Of a DNA stretch of 64,000 nucleotides, positions 12,310 to 24,003 are shown in pieces. Location: assembly GCA_951406725.2 (NCBI GenBank), contig OX597818.1, forward strand, positions 143,468,001-143,532,000, in the 5' to 3' direction. The notes below the pieces were generated by a model, which was given only the letters and a program-made list of their open reading frames with translations, was not told where the DNA came from and searched no databases. Source of the DNA: Octopus vulgaris (lineage: Eukaryota). Both the position numbers and the translations under genes were made by a program. Numbering within the stretch: the stretch's first letter is position 1; each line of letters starts with the position of its first letter.

Positions 12310-12619
12310 ACTCTCTTTTACTCACTTTTATTTGTTTCAGTCATTTGACTGCGGCCATGCTGGAGCACCACCTTTAATCGAGCAACTCAACTCCGGGACT
12401 TATTCTCTGTAAGCCCAGTACATATTCTATCGGTCTCTTTTGCCGAACCGCTAAGTGACGAGGACATAAACACACCAGCATCGGTTGTCAAGCAATGCTA
12501 GGGGGAACACGACACAAACATCACGCACGCACACACACCACATATATATATATATATATACATATATACGACAGGCTTCTTGGGACAAACACAGACACAC
12601 AAACATACACGCACGCACG

Positions 12620-12651
<32 letters not shown>

Positions 12652-12813
12652 CATATATACGACAGGCTTCCTTTCAGTTTCCCGTCACCAAATCCACTCA
12701 CAAGGCTTTGGTCGGCCTGAGGCTATAGTAGAAGACACTTGTCCAAGGTGCCACGCAGTGGGACTGAACCCATGACCATGTAGTTGGTAAGCAAGCTACT
12801 TGCCATACAGCCA
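12310..12813 (-). mobile_element. SINE family A with an internal duplication
   Basis: Homologous to 10138-10553. The central segment is repeated (ACGACAGGCTTC occurs twice). Confidence 0.85.
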
Positions 12814-13178
12814 CTTTTTCATTAGAATAATTGTATTTTGGCCTTTTTGCTATATTTAGATGTGTATGTGAAAGAACATGCTTCCAATACAAACCTGATT
12901 CCTTTGTATAAAAAGAGAAAGGATAAGAAAGACAATGAGTCACTGTTTTAATTTGCTGTTCCTGAATAACACATATTCACCACTGTCTTTTGCTTACCTG
13001 GAACTTTGCCAGATTGGAAAGTAAAATAATGCACACCTAAACGGTACATATAGTAGACAAATATTTCCCAAATGACCAGCCAACCATCTTAAAAAAATGA
13101 ACAGTATATTGGACAATGCAGTCCTAGATATATGGTTACTGAACAATGAAGATGGATGTTCACAGATGTTATGTCGCT

Positions 13179-13179
<1 letters not shown>

Positions 13180-13213
<34 letters not shown>

Positions 13214-13328
13214 TTAACGTCCGCTTTCCATGCTAGCATGGGTTGGACGATGTGACTGAGGTCTGGCGAACCAGACTCCAATCTGATCTGGCAGGGTTTC
13301 TACACCTGGATGCCCTTCCTAATGCCAA
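13180..13328 (-). mobile_element. 3' fragment of a SINE with (GAT)n tail (family D)
   Basis: Reverse complement of 18795-18945. Confidence 0.7.
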
Positions 13329-13654
13329 GTATTATATCTTCAACACCAGGATTGGCCAAGGATTAAATAGAATGTATAGAAATAAAGCTGTTACAGTTGC
13401 TTAGTGCTACACAAACATCAGGTACTAATTATCTTAGATGTAATAATGAAAGACGTAACGACGGGTATTTTGTGAATTTGATTATGAAACAAAATTGGAG
13501 TTTATTAAACTTTAAATTCAAGATTAATTTAAACTTTAATAAATGTTTGATGAAAATGTTTGTCAGTACAGATCAATACATAATGTCCATAGAAAAGTAT
13601 ATTCATTTATCAAATGAACAGATTTAGTTTTTGACAGATTTGTTGTAAATTTCA

Positions 13655-15019
13655 TTACAAAGGAATATCATTTCCAATTTTCTCAGGTTTTCTTCTCTCC
13701 CAGCCTGCACGAATATTATCAACATAACAACTGACCCCTGGTAAGGACAAAACAAGTTTTAAGAATAATGTCAACAAAGGAAGTATGCAACACATGAAGG
13801 TATTTGAGTAATAAAAACTCGAAGGGTGTTTCAGCCAGTTTGGCAGGCCTATGATAAAGACATGCATTACTGTGAAAAATACTGTTACATATCCTAAGTG
13901 ACTTTGAGTAAAACGCCATTCTTTCCAGTTGAGTATTTCACTAACGCTTGGAAGAGAGGAAATTCCAACAAGAAGCATTAAGAACAGAGCTATAAATCCA
14001 GCACTTATTAAAGATTCGCCTTTGAGGTTCAGATGTACCTCATAAGGGGAGATAACTGAGGAATTAGCATGTGGACTAGTAACGTACCATGTAGTAGCAT
14101 AGCCAGGGGAAATAAGTACCAGGGACATCCCAACATGCCAGAAACTGAACAGAAGAGCATAAAGTCCTATCATTTTGCGGGATTTCATCCATTTGTCCAT
14201 CCATTTAGGGAAATCTTTGTATTTTGTTCCATTGTAAATCTGTAAAAATCCTGCCAAGCAACCTGGTAAATAAGAAGAGGCTAATAAAGTAATGGCTGTC
14301 AAACAGACTATTTTGTTCAAGAACGACAGTGGCATTCGATACCAGGATATTTGAAGATTGTGGCTGGTGTAGTAGATTACAATCTTTGCAATTACAATTA
14401 CGAACCAAACCAGAAAAGTCACTAATGTATAAATACTAGGTATACCCCATCCCGACATAAGTGTCAGGGGATAAGCTTCCAGTTTCCTGGCAGCACCTAA
14501 GTTACCACAGTCAACGGGAGGAATCCCAACATCACGTGACAATTGCATAATTCTCTCTCGGGCATGTCTATTATTTCCGGCTACGAAATTTCTTATGCTT
14601 CCACCAAAGTTCTCACTTTCAACAGCATAAGCAGACAACATGTTAAAAGATTTCACAAACCGAATATCAGGGAAAATGATAGCTAAATTTTCTGCATTTG
14701 ATTCAATTTTACTTGGTTTAGTGCGATTTGAGATATCAACGAAAATTTTTCCCACCAAATCATTCTTATATGGTCGAAGACAGGATTCCATGCTAGAATA
14801 AGGAATTGCCAGGATAAAAATTTCAATTTCCTTGTTTGTAAGAACATTTTTAACGGAGTCCACTTTGACATTGCTCAACTGTTTATCTCTGGTGATAAAA
14901 GATCGTTGAAGTGGATTTCGACTACCAAAAACGATTTCATATCCAGCTTGTAAAAGTCTTTTCCCTAATGCTGTTCCATAGTTTCCTGTACCAAGAATGC
15001 CAATTGTTTGGTTTTCCAT
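13655..15019 (-). CDS. STEAP4: STEAP-family metalloreductase (STEAP2/3/4-like: NADPH-binding oxidoreductase domain plus 6-TM ferric reductase domain)
   Basis: IGILGTGNYG Rossmann motif, GSRNP, VDISN, SNAENLA, VKSFNMLSAY, SYLPG, W...RKMIGL, heme His in FWHVG and MHVF, and SSLPSV...WKEWRFTQSHLGY. The symbol is family-level only. Confidence 0.95.
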   Translation of the reverse strand: MENQTIGILGTGNYGTALGKRLLQAGYEIVFGSRNPLQRSFITRDKQLSNVKVDSVKNVLTNKEIEIFILAIPYSSMESCLRPYKNDLVGKIFVDISNRTKPSKIESNAENLAIIFPDIRFVKSFNMLSAYAVESENFGGSIRNFVAGNNRHARERIMQLSRDVGIPPVDCGNLGAARKLEAYPLTLMSGWGIPSIYTLVTFLVWFVIVIAKIVIYYTSHNLQISWYRMPLSFLNKIVCLTAITLLASSYLPGCLAGFLQIYNGTKYKDFPKWMDKWMKSRKMIGLYALLFSFWHVGMSLVLISPGYATTWYVTSPHANSSVISPYEVHLNLKGESLISAGFIALFLMLLVGISSLPSVSEILNWKEWRFTQSHLGYVTVFFTVMHVFIIGLPNWLKHPSSFYYSNTFMCCILPLLTLFLKLVLSLPGVSCYVDNIRAGWERRKPEKIGNDIPL

Positions 15020-15030
15020 AGTTTCTGCGT

Positions 15031-15060
15031 CTGTTAAGAAATAAAAAAGTAAAAATTAAG
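15031..15060 (-). promoter_or_regulatory. Splice acceptor 11 nt upstream of the STEAP ATG
   Basis: Minus strand reads CTTAATTTTTACTTTTTTATTTCTTAACAG|ACGCAGAAACTATG. Confidence 0.7.
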
Positions 15061-17071
15061 ATTACATGTGTTTGTACATGAGAGTAAAGGATTATATGCA
15101 ATACAAACATAAAATGAATGAATTGCAGAGATTCTCTATGGTTACTCATTTTGCTAGACATAGTAGTCAAATTCCTTCAAATCAGGTTCATTAATTTTTT
15201 TTTTTTTAATGGAAGTAATTATTTGCTAATATAGTTCAAGGTACAAAAGGAATAGTCATGGATAGACTGTCTTTGATGACAGGTTTACTTGATCAAGGCT
15301 GAATTGGAGACGAACACTAACATAAACATTTATAGATGAAAAGCTCACAATAATTATGCCATTTTTGAAAAATTTCAAACTCTGCATACCATTATTTAGA
15401 ACCAGAGAAGAGATAGTCTGGATATCTCCAAAGTAGACATCTCATTTCCTTCCGTGCCAGTATGGAAGGAGAGGACCATGAAGTGATGAGTATACAGCTG
15501 ATACTCACACAATAGCTCTAAGTAGGATGAAGTAACCATTTAATGAAGAAAAGTTTAAGCACTACCAATATAGATTAATCAGCTCTATGGCATGGAGGGT
15601 TTATTTAGAGGAGGAAAAGGCAGAACCCATTGCTATTTATAGTGTCTTTGAGATAGGTGGGAAGAAGGGATGAAGATATTCACAGATTAGAGATAGGACT
15701 TGGATGTTTGCAACTGATTGCACTCCATAAAAAACAAAGGCAAGGGTAGTCATGTTTAACCAGATAAAAGTTGATTATGTTTACCACTAAAAAGCAGGAA
15801 CCATCCAACCAACTAACTACCAACTATCCAACACAATTTCCATCAACTAAATTTTATGCACATGACTTTGATGAAGCTGAAGTTATGGTAAGAGACATAT
15901 GTCCAAAGTGCCACATGGTGATCAAATCTGAAAACCATGTAGTCAAGAGGCAAACTTCTTTAGCCATGCAGGTACATGCAACCCACACATTTCTCCACTT
16001 CACATCACCCTTTCGCCCTACCTATAAGCACCATACTAACCACTGTATCCAGTCCTTTCTTCCTAAAACATTGGCCTCTGGTACCACCTCCCTGCTCATG
16101 CTCATATCTTTCCTGAAGGTGTGAGTTTATCTCCTTTTGTTATCACATTTTTATTGAAAAATACTGTCTTTGTTTCAGTTAATTATGAAAATTATAAAGA
16201 ATTTAGTAAAGTAATTCTGCCATTATTAAGCTGGTGTTTGGAACATAACTTAACATTGCAATGGAAGGTTTTAACTTAGATCACTTTAAAACAAAAAGTC
16301 TATATCATAGAATTTGAGGCATTCTCAGGTGGATTGGTATCAAAAGGGTTAAATGGAAACTCAGTCTCACCAGTTTTGGCGGTTCTACAACAGTCAGAAG
16401 AACTGCTTTTCTTTCAGAGCCAGGAAGTAAAAATTCAATAAATATAAAGAAAATAACTGCAAGCATGTTATACATAACATTCATTTTTTTTTAACATTCA
16501 ATTTCCTGTTATGCCTGGTTTTTCATCCTTGAAATTTTCAGCTTCTTCCAACAAGATAAACCATCAACTAATATTGATTTCACTCTTCAAAACTTTCAAA
16601 ACCTTTCATTCATATAAAATCAGTAAAGGATTCTTGATATCAATGTTGATTTCAAATTTTAGCATAAAACCAGCAATTTTGGGGAGCAGGTAAGTTGATT
16701 ACATCACCTCCAGTCCTCAACAATCTTGGAAGGATGAAGAGTAAAGTTGGCCTTGGTAGGGTTTGAACTCAGAACATAAAGATGCTGCAGCCTACTGGCT
16801 TACCAGTCCTCAGTCAAACTGTCAAACCTATACCAGCACGGAAAATGGATGTTAAATGATGATGATGATGATGGATAATGTGTCAATCCACTACTGTTGT
16901 TTCCAACAAATTTTTATTTGATTAATGGAGACATTACATCATTATAAAAACAAAAAACCGTTTCCATCAGGTGAATACATGGATTACAACATTGAAAAAC
17001 ATTCTTATGAAACATTCCATCCTCTATCCTTCCCTACCCACTTACCCTATGTAATTCTCTGTACCATTTAT

Positions 17072-17243
17072 TGTACCTTGTAAGCATGTCCCACTGTACC
17101 TTGTAAGCATGTCCCATTGTACCTTGTAAGCATGTCCCACTGTACCTTGTAAGCATGTCCCATTGTACCTTGTAAGCATGTCCCATTGTACCTTGTAAGC
17201 ATGTCCCATTGTACCTTGTAAGCATGTCCCACTGTACCTTGTA
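17072..17243. repeat. 23-bp minisatellite, about 7.5 copies
   Basis: (TGTACCTTGTAAGCATGTCCCAY)n. Confidence 0.95.
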
Positions 17244-17835
17244 GGCAATGGCATGTACCCCTTCATGATTCTATGACCCTTGCTGGTCACAGAATGAATT
17301 TGTTAGTTCAGTTTGGTTGTATTATAGGAGAAAATAATGTGATGTCACGCGTGGGTAATGAAGGAGGTTAGAGGATGAGGTATGAGGGAAGCAGGGAGTG
17401 AAGCAACTTGCCCCTACAACTAACATAGAGTGAATTTCTTTTATCTTTTAATTCTGTTCAACAAGCTGTTTTAGAGCTAAAGTAGAAAGGGTTATTTATA
17501 TATTCATTTATTTAACAGCCTTCATGACCCCTTTATGGCTATAGAGATATGTTTGGAGTGCTTCTTTCATCAATGTCTTCATTGCTTTAATGTTCATTTT
17601 TACATGCTCACATGAATGGGCAGAATTTGTTAAAGTGGAATTTTCTATGGTTTGATGTCTTTTCTGTCATTACTCTTGCCTATTTCCAAGTAAGGTAATA
17701 TTTTCCCCATGACTGAACATCTTTTCATAAAAGACTGGAAACAAAAGGCACCACTTGCATGATTGTGACACACATTTACAACTATCCTAATGTCAATGCA
17801 AAGAGACAACAAAACACACACACACACACACACAC

Positions 17836-18403
17836 ATACACAATAGGCTTCTTACAATTTGTCAACCAAATACACTCACAAGGCTTTGGCTGGCCTAGGG
17901 CTATAGTAGAAGATACTTGCCTAAGATACCATGCAGTGGGATTGAAGCCAGAACCATGTAGTCAGGAAGCAAATTTCTTACTACAAAGCCATGCCTCTCT
18001 CTTTTACTCTTTTACTTGTTTCAGTCATTTCACTGTGGCCATGCTGGAGCACCACCTTTAGTCGACCAAATCGACCCCAGGACTTATTCTTTGTAAGCTT
18101 AGTACTTATTCTATTGGTCTCTTTTGCTGAACCACTAAGTTATGGGGATGTAAACATACCAGCATTGGTTATCAAGCGATGTTGGGTGGACAAACACAGA
18201 CACACAAACATACATATATATAGATGTATATACATATATACAACGGGCTTCTTTCAGTTTCCGTCTACCAAATTCACTCACAAGACATTGGTCGGCCCGA
18301 GGCTATAGTAGAAGACACTTGCCCAAGGTGCCTCACATTGGGACTGAACCCGGAACCATGTGGTTCGTTAGCAAGCTACTTACCACACAGCCACTCCTAT
18401 GCC
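17836..18403 (-). mobile_element. Two adjacent SINE family A copies (diverged head-half plus full copy 18000-18403)
   Basis: Homologous to 10138-10553. Confidence 0.8.
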
Positions 18404-18519
18404 TGCTCATTCTTGCTCCATTATACTTAGAAATCAGAATAAATTTTAAAATATCATAAATTTCTTCTTCATATTCAGACTGTTGACCATGACTATGTTC
18501 ATATACATTATATATTCAC

Positions 18520-19180
18520 ATCGAACAACATCAATGGAAATTGTAGCTGTGATACCAGTGCCGGTGGCACGTAAGAGAACCATCCAAACGTGGCCACTGC
18601 CAGCACTGCCCCGACTGGCCTCCATGCCGGTGGCATGTAAAAAGCACCATCCAATCGTGGCCATTGCCAGCCTCGCCTGGCTTCCGTGCCGGTGGCACGT
18701 AAAAAGCACCATCCGATCGTGGCCGTTTGCCAACCTTGTCTGGCACCTGTGCCAGTGGCACATAAAAAGCACCCACTACACTCACGGAGTGGTTGGCGTT
18801 AGGAAGGGCATCCAGCCGTAGAAACACTGCCAGATCAGACTGGGCCTGGTGCAGCCTTCTGGCTTCCCAGACCCCAGTTGAACCGTCCAACCCATGCCAG
18901 CATGGAAAGCAGACGCTAAACGATGATGAGGATGATGATGATGATGATATATTCACATGCAATACATACTCATCGTCATCATTTAATGTTTATCTTCCAT
19001 GCTGGTATGGGTTAGACAGCTTGACAGGAGCTGGCAAGCCTCAGAGCTGCACCAGGTTCCATTGTCTGCTTTAGCATAGTTTCTCCAGCCAAATGCCCTT
19101 CCTAATGCCAATCACTTCACTGAGTGTACTGGGTGCTTTTTACCTGGCACCAGCACCAGTGAGGTCACCACATAACCTGC
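18520..19180. mobile_element. Tail-to-tail pair of family D SINEs (+ copy to about 18948 with ~60-bp internal repeats; - copy from about 18970)
   Basis: GCCGGTGGCACGTAAAAAGCACC repeats, TAGGAAGGGCAT core and (GAT)n tails in opposite orientations. Confidence 0.7.
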
Positions 19181-20556
19181 AAGACAAAGATCCCTGACTG
19201 AGTAGGAGAGTAGTGTTGGGGGAGGTAGCTTCATGCCATATGACAGATTAAAGTATAAAAGAGGGATAAAAATAGGTATCTTGTTATAGAGGAGATACCT
19301 GTCTACCCCAGCTGGAAATGAAAGGAAAGAGAAATAGAGTCAGAGACAAAGACAGGCAAACAAAGTGAGAGAGAGGACAGATGATGATGGAGATGAGTTG
19401 GGACATACCTACAAGGAACAATAAGTGGTACAGAGGATTATACAGGGTGAGTGGGCAGGGAAGGATAGAGGGGGGAATGTTTCATAAGAGGGTGGTTAAT
19501 ATTTTATATATTCACACATATGGCCTTAACCCTTTAGTATTTAAACCGGCCATATCCGGCCAAAATAGCTAATCTGTTTTATGTTCAAACTGACCAGATC
19601 CAGGCTCTCACACCTACCCTACAATGTTATTCTACATTAAGTAATTACACCATCAAGCTCTTGAAGATATGAGATAATACATGATTAATTCAAATAAATG
19701 GGAATCAATAGGCATTATGCTCGATTGAATAATCTGAACACTAAAGGGTTAATAATGTTGTTGGTAAAAGAGCACATTAAAACACAATATGCTTTAATCA
19801 ACAGAGAAACAAGAGCGCTCATGACTGTTTACAGGACCTCCAAGACAGATGGCAGAGAGGTATTATCAGACCAAAGATTTAGACTAAATTTTTGCAACAA
19901 AGTTGACTCCATTAAGAGCATCCAAGAACTATGTCATAGTTAAAGAAGACAACAGATAAATAAAACCATTCAGTATTATGAACAGCTTCTTTGATGGGCT
20001 TTGGTTGACTCAAGTCTATATAAGGAGATATTTGCCCAAAATGCTGTACAGTGGGATCAAACCTGAAGCCATGAAGGTGCCAAGCAAACTTCTTAATCAT
20101 ATATAACTGTGTCTAAGGAGTGGTGCTAATTGGCTGACATATGCAAATGTGTGTAATGAAAAGCCGATTCTGTACTAACAAATTGAAACCCAATGCAGTA
20201 TGGACAAACATAGCCAGGATTTCAACCTTATGTTCATAGATTTAAAACAATATGTACACATGTGTATTTTGCATACATATATGTAGCCCAGTGAGAGTGT
20301 GTGTGTGAGGGGGATTGTTAAACCTGTCAAACTCCTAACAGCTAAGTATGTGGTCTGTAAACCAAACACTAGTATAGGAATATATATTATTTTATAGTAT
20401 GTGAATAAGATATCGTTTGTACTTGCCATGACAAGATGGACAATCATCTGAATTCAGCAAAATTTCATAACTGCTCATTTTTACTATAAAATACAAAGAA
20501 ATATTAAAGCATTTACACAAACTGAATGCTTAGGGAGTGACTCAACAATTCTTGTA

Positions 20557-21529
20557 CCGTAAATCCTTGAGTATAGTCCGCCCTTGAGTATAATACGCAG
20601 GGGATTTTTAGGGGGCTGTACCTCTGAAAAACCTAAACCTTGTGTATAACACGCACCCCTTCTGTAACTTGAGTCAAGGAGGTCTGTATAACATCCTTGG
20701 TTTGTAAAAATGTATACGGTAGCGTCCTTTATTATTATTGTATATATAACATAATGCAAACGTGTAGCTTTTTTGTGCATTTTGTTTGCAGAAAATAAAG
20801 AAATAACAGTAATAACGTCAGTGAAAAATAAACATTAAGTAAATTGCCTTTACATATTTATCACAATCAGTTACAAAAGCAAAAGCAAAAACATTTATTC
20901 AAATCCTTCAAATTCAACGTCACTTCCAGCACCAAATAACTGTTCCGTTTGTTCCTCCGTAAACATGTCAGCATCATTGTAGTGTAAATCTCCGTCATCG
21001 TCAGATTCATAGTCAACATCTGAAGATTCACTTTCATTTATTTCATCTTTCCATACAACGTCATCCTGAGTACCAATACAAACAGCAGGATGAACTATTT
21101 AGCGCTAAACTATTATGCACAATTCGTGCATAATTAAGCCAGCAGCATCTAGTCCAACAAACACTTCCGCGCATGCGTAATACAATAATGGTGATGTTCT
21201 TAACTGTTATATGGGAATGTAAATGTGTTTGCAATTTGTTTTTGTGACCCCTTTAATCTATGCTCGGAATACTTTTACTTTAATAAATGTTGCTTACTGC
21301 AAGTTATGGATGATTCTTTTATGACTTCATTGCTTTCAGGATTAGCTTAACGTATTTTAGCGCCCGACATCACAAAATGCGTCTGAATAAACATTGCCAG
21401 ACAGCAAATAGAGACTCAGATATTACTTAGAAGATATTTTTCATTTTTAACCTCGTATATAGTACACACTAGGGATTTTGACCTTTAAATTTTGGGGAAA
21501 AAATGTGGATTATACTCAAGGATTTACGG
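20557..21529 (-). mobile_element. Non-autonomous pogo/Tigger-like DNA transposon
   Basis: Perfect TIR CCGTAAATCCTTGAGTATA and TA TSD. Minus strand 20898-21075 encodes an acidic tail ending EFEGFE*. Confidence 0.85.
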
Positions 21530-21575
21530 TACTTAATCTTTTTCATCAGGCCAGAGCAATCACGCTAATTCATTA

Positions 21576-24003
21576 CACTAGGCAACAAAGATTTTGTTAC
21601 AGAAGACCAAATAGGTGTTTCTTGCTAATTTCAGTATGCTGATTTCAAATTTACAATTGGATTCTTTTTGTATCATGTCTAAACTTTGTGTAGAATGCAA
21701 ATCACTTAGTAAAATTTCCTACTACCTCTAGATTTTGGTTTTGACTTAAAGCCAATAATATGAAACTTGCTTTTCAAGTTTAAATTGAGGCCAATAATAT
21801 GAAACTTGCTTTTCAAGTTTAAATCTTACAATTTTGATCAATAAAAATTATCCTGAGTTGGCAGCACTGAGTCAAGAGCATAGTAATGGCCTAATGGTTA
21901 GTTGCTATATGACAGTCAAGTAGGGCAGTTTTTGAAGCTCTCTGTTGGTACACAATAGGCTGTGGTACCTTGTGTATTTTTATAGCATTTGTTTTGTACT
22001 ACGGTGTGTATTTCTTTTTATTTTGTACATTGTGATTATTACTTTCTACATTTTTTTCCAAATATTGTATGGTAATTAAAATGCAATCAAATAGATGTGC
22101 TTGTGTAAATTACCCAGACAATTTCTGCTATATCTGTGGACAATATACATCTAAGCCACAACGTAGAAACATAACAACAAAGATTAAACTTGCCTACAAG
22201 GATTATTTTGACTGTAAGTTAGGAAAGCAAGAGAGAGACTGGGCACCACATATCAGTTGTGCACAGTGAAATGCAATGTTAATAGCTTGGATGAATGGTA
22301 AAAGAAAAGTGATGCCATTCTCAGTCCCCAAGGTTTGGTGTGAGATGAAAAATCACTTCAATGGTTGCTATTTTTGTTTAACAAAGATTGCTGGTTTCAC
22401 ATGGAAAAACAAATCACAAACCATGAACTCAAACTACAAATCAGCAATAAAATCAATGCCACATGATCACACAAATCCACCTCCAGTTCCACCAGCAACG
22501 ACAACAGACAGCAGTTCATCTGAAGATTCTGCTAGGAGTATAGAAATAGGGAAAGATGGGGTATATGTTCCAGATGCAACTAGTTCCCCACACTTGTTAA
22601 GTCAAGCAGAATTAAATGGCTTGGTGTGCAATTTGGAATTACCAAAAGAAAAACCAGAGTTGCTTGGTTCCAGACTTCAAGAATGGAATTTCCTCCAGCC
22701 AAACAAAGTTTCCCATTTCTGCCATTGCCATCTACAAGTTTTCATCATTTCACTTACAGGAGGAAAACGTTTGTTTCTTCCATGATATTAGTGGACTGGA
22801 AAGGATTGGCTTTCACTATGATCCAAAAGAATGGAGACTGTTCGTTGACTCTAGTAAAGCTGTATCACTGCACAACGGCAATGAAAAGCCTCCAATACTT
22901 GCAGCACATGCCACTTGCCTTAATGAGACTTAAGAATCAATGGAACTGCTGCTAAAACTCACCAAATATAAGGACCACATATGAAATATTTGTGGCAGCC
23001 TTGAAGTAGTATTATTACTTCTTGGGTTACAGCTGGGCCACACAAAGCCTATGTGCTTTTTTTGTCTATGGGGCAGCAGAGATGACAAGAACCACAACAA
23101 AAAACATGACAGACCATCTAGAACTGAACATGTTGTTGGTAAACTCATTCACCCTTGGAAAGTACATCTTTCACCTCTTCACTTTAGACTTGGCCTTATG
23201 AAAGATTTTGTGACGAGTATGCCCCATCAAAGTAGTGGTTTCCAATATTTAAAGGATAAATTCAAAAGAATATTGACAAATGCTAAGCTAGAAACTGGAG
23301 TTTTCACTGGGCCACATACCTACAGTGTCATCCACGATTCATTGTTTCCATCTAATATAAATGAGATTGAACTAGGAGCATGAACATCTTTTGTTGAACT
23401 GGTCAAAAACGTTTCTTGGAAACTACAAAACTAAAATCCATGAACTTGAAGAACACATCCCAAAAATGGGATGCAGAATGTCTTTGAAAATGAAGTTTTA
23501 CATTCTCATCTTGACTTCTTCCCAGCCAGTGATGAGCATAGTGAGTACTTTCATCAACAGACTTCAGTAAAAGAAAATAGATACCTAGGTAATTTCAACC
23601 AAAATATGATGAGAGATTATTGATGGTTCCTGCAGAAGGAGAGCTCATCATCCTACAAGTATTAAAGGAAAATGAAACACCAAAGTTTCACTTTAATGCC
23701 CTTCAGTGGGATGGTTGGGCACAGGGATGGTAATTCTGCCATAAAAGAGGACAGACATCTCCTGTTCATTAATTATTTAAGTATGTTTAACATAAAATGG
23801 GACACAGAAAAGTAGCTTAAACAACTTTTGTAATAGAAGCAGGTGAGAAAAAATGAATATTAAGGGTTTTCGGTTACACAAAATCTGGACATTATTGAGA
23901 AATTTATAAATCAGATCTGAAATTAGCACCAGAAATTTGATAGGGATCAGTAGTTTATGTGTCTGTAACACACACAAAGAAAGTTGAAATTTGCTGCCTA
24001 AAG
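21576..24003 (+). mobile_element. Decayed Chapaev3-like (CMC) DNA transposon
   Basis: Frameshifted motifs PDNFCYICG, WAPH, NH..GCYFC, LLGSRLQEW, EWRLFVDSSK, LHNGN, CFFCLWGSR, PLHFRLGLMKDFV. Imperfect TIR CACTAGGCAACAAA / TTTGCTGCCTA. Confidence 0.8.

Noticed and set aside
17072-17243. 23-bp repeat as a CRISPR-like array
   Set aside because: Head-to-tail units without spacers in eukaryotic DNA; this is a minisatellite.
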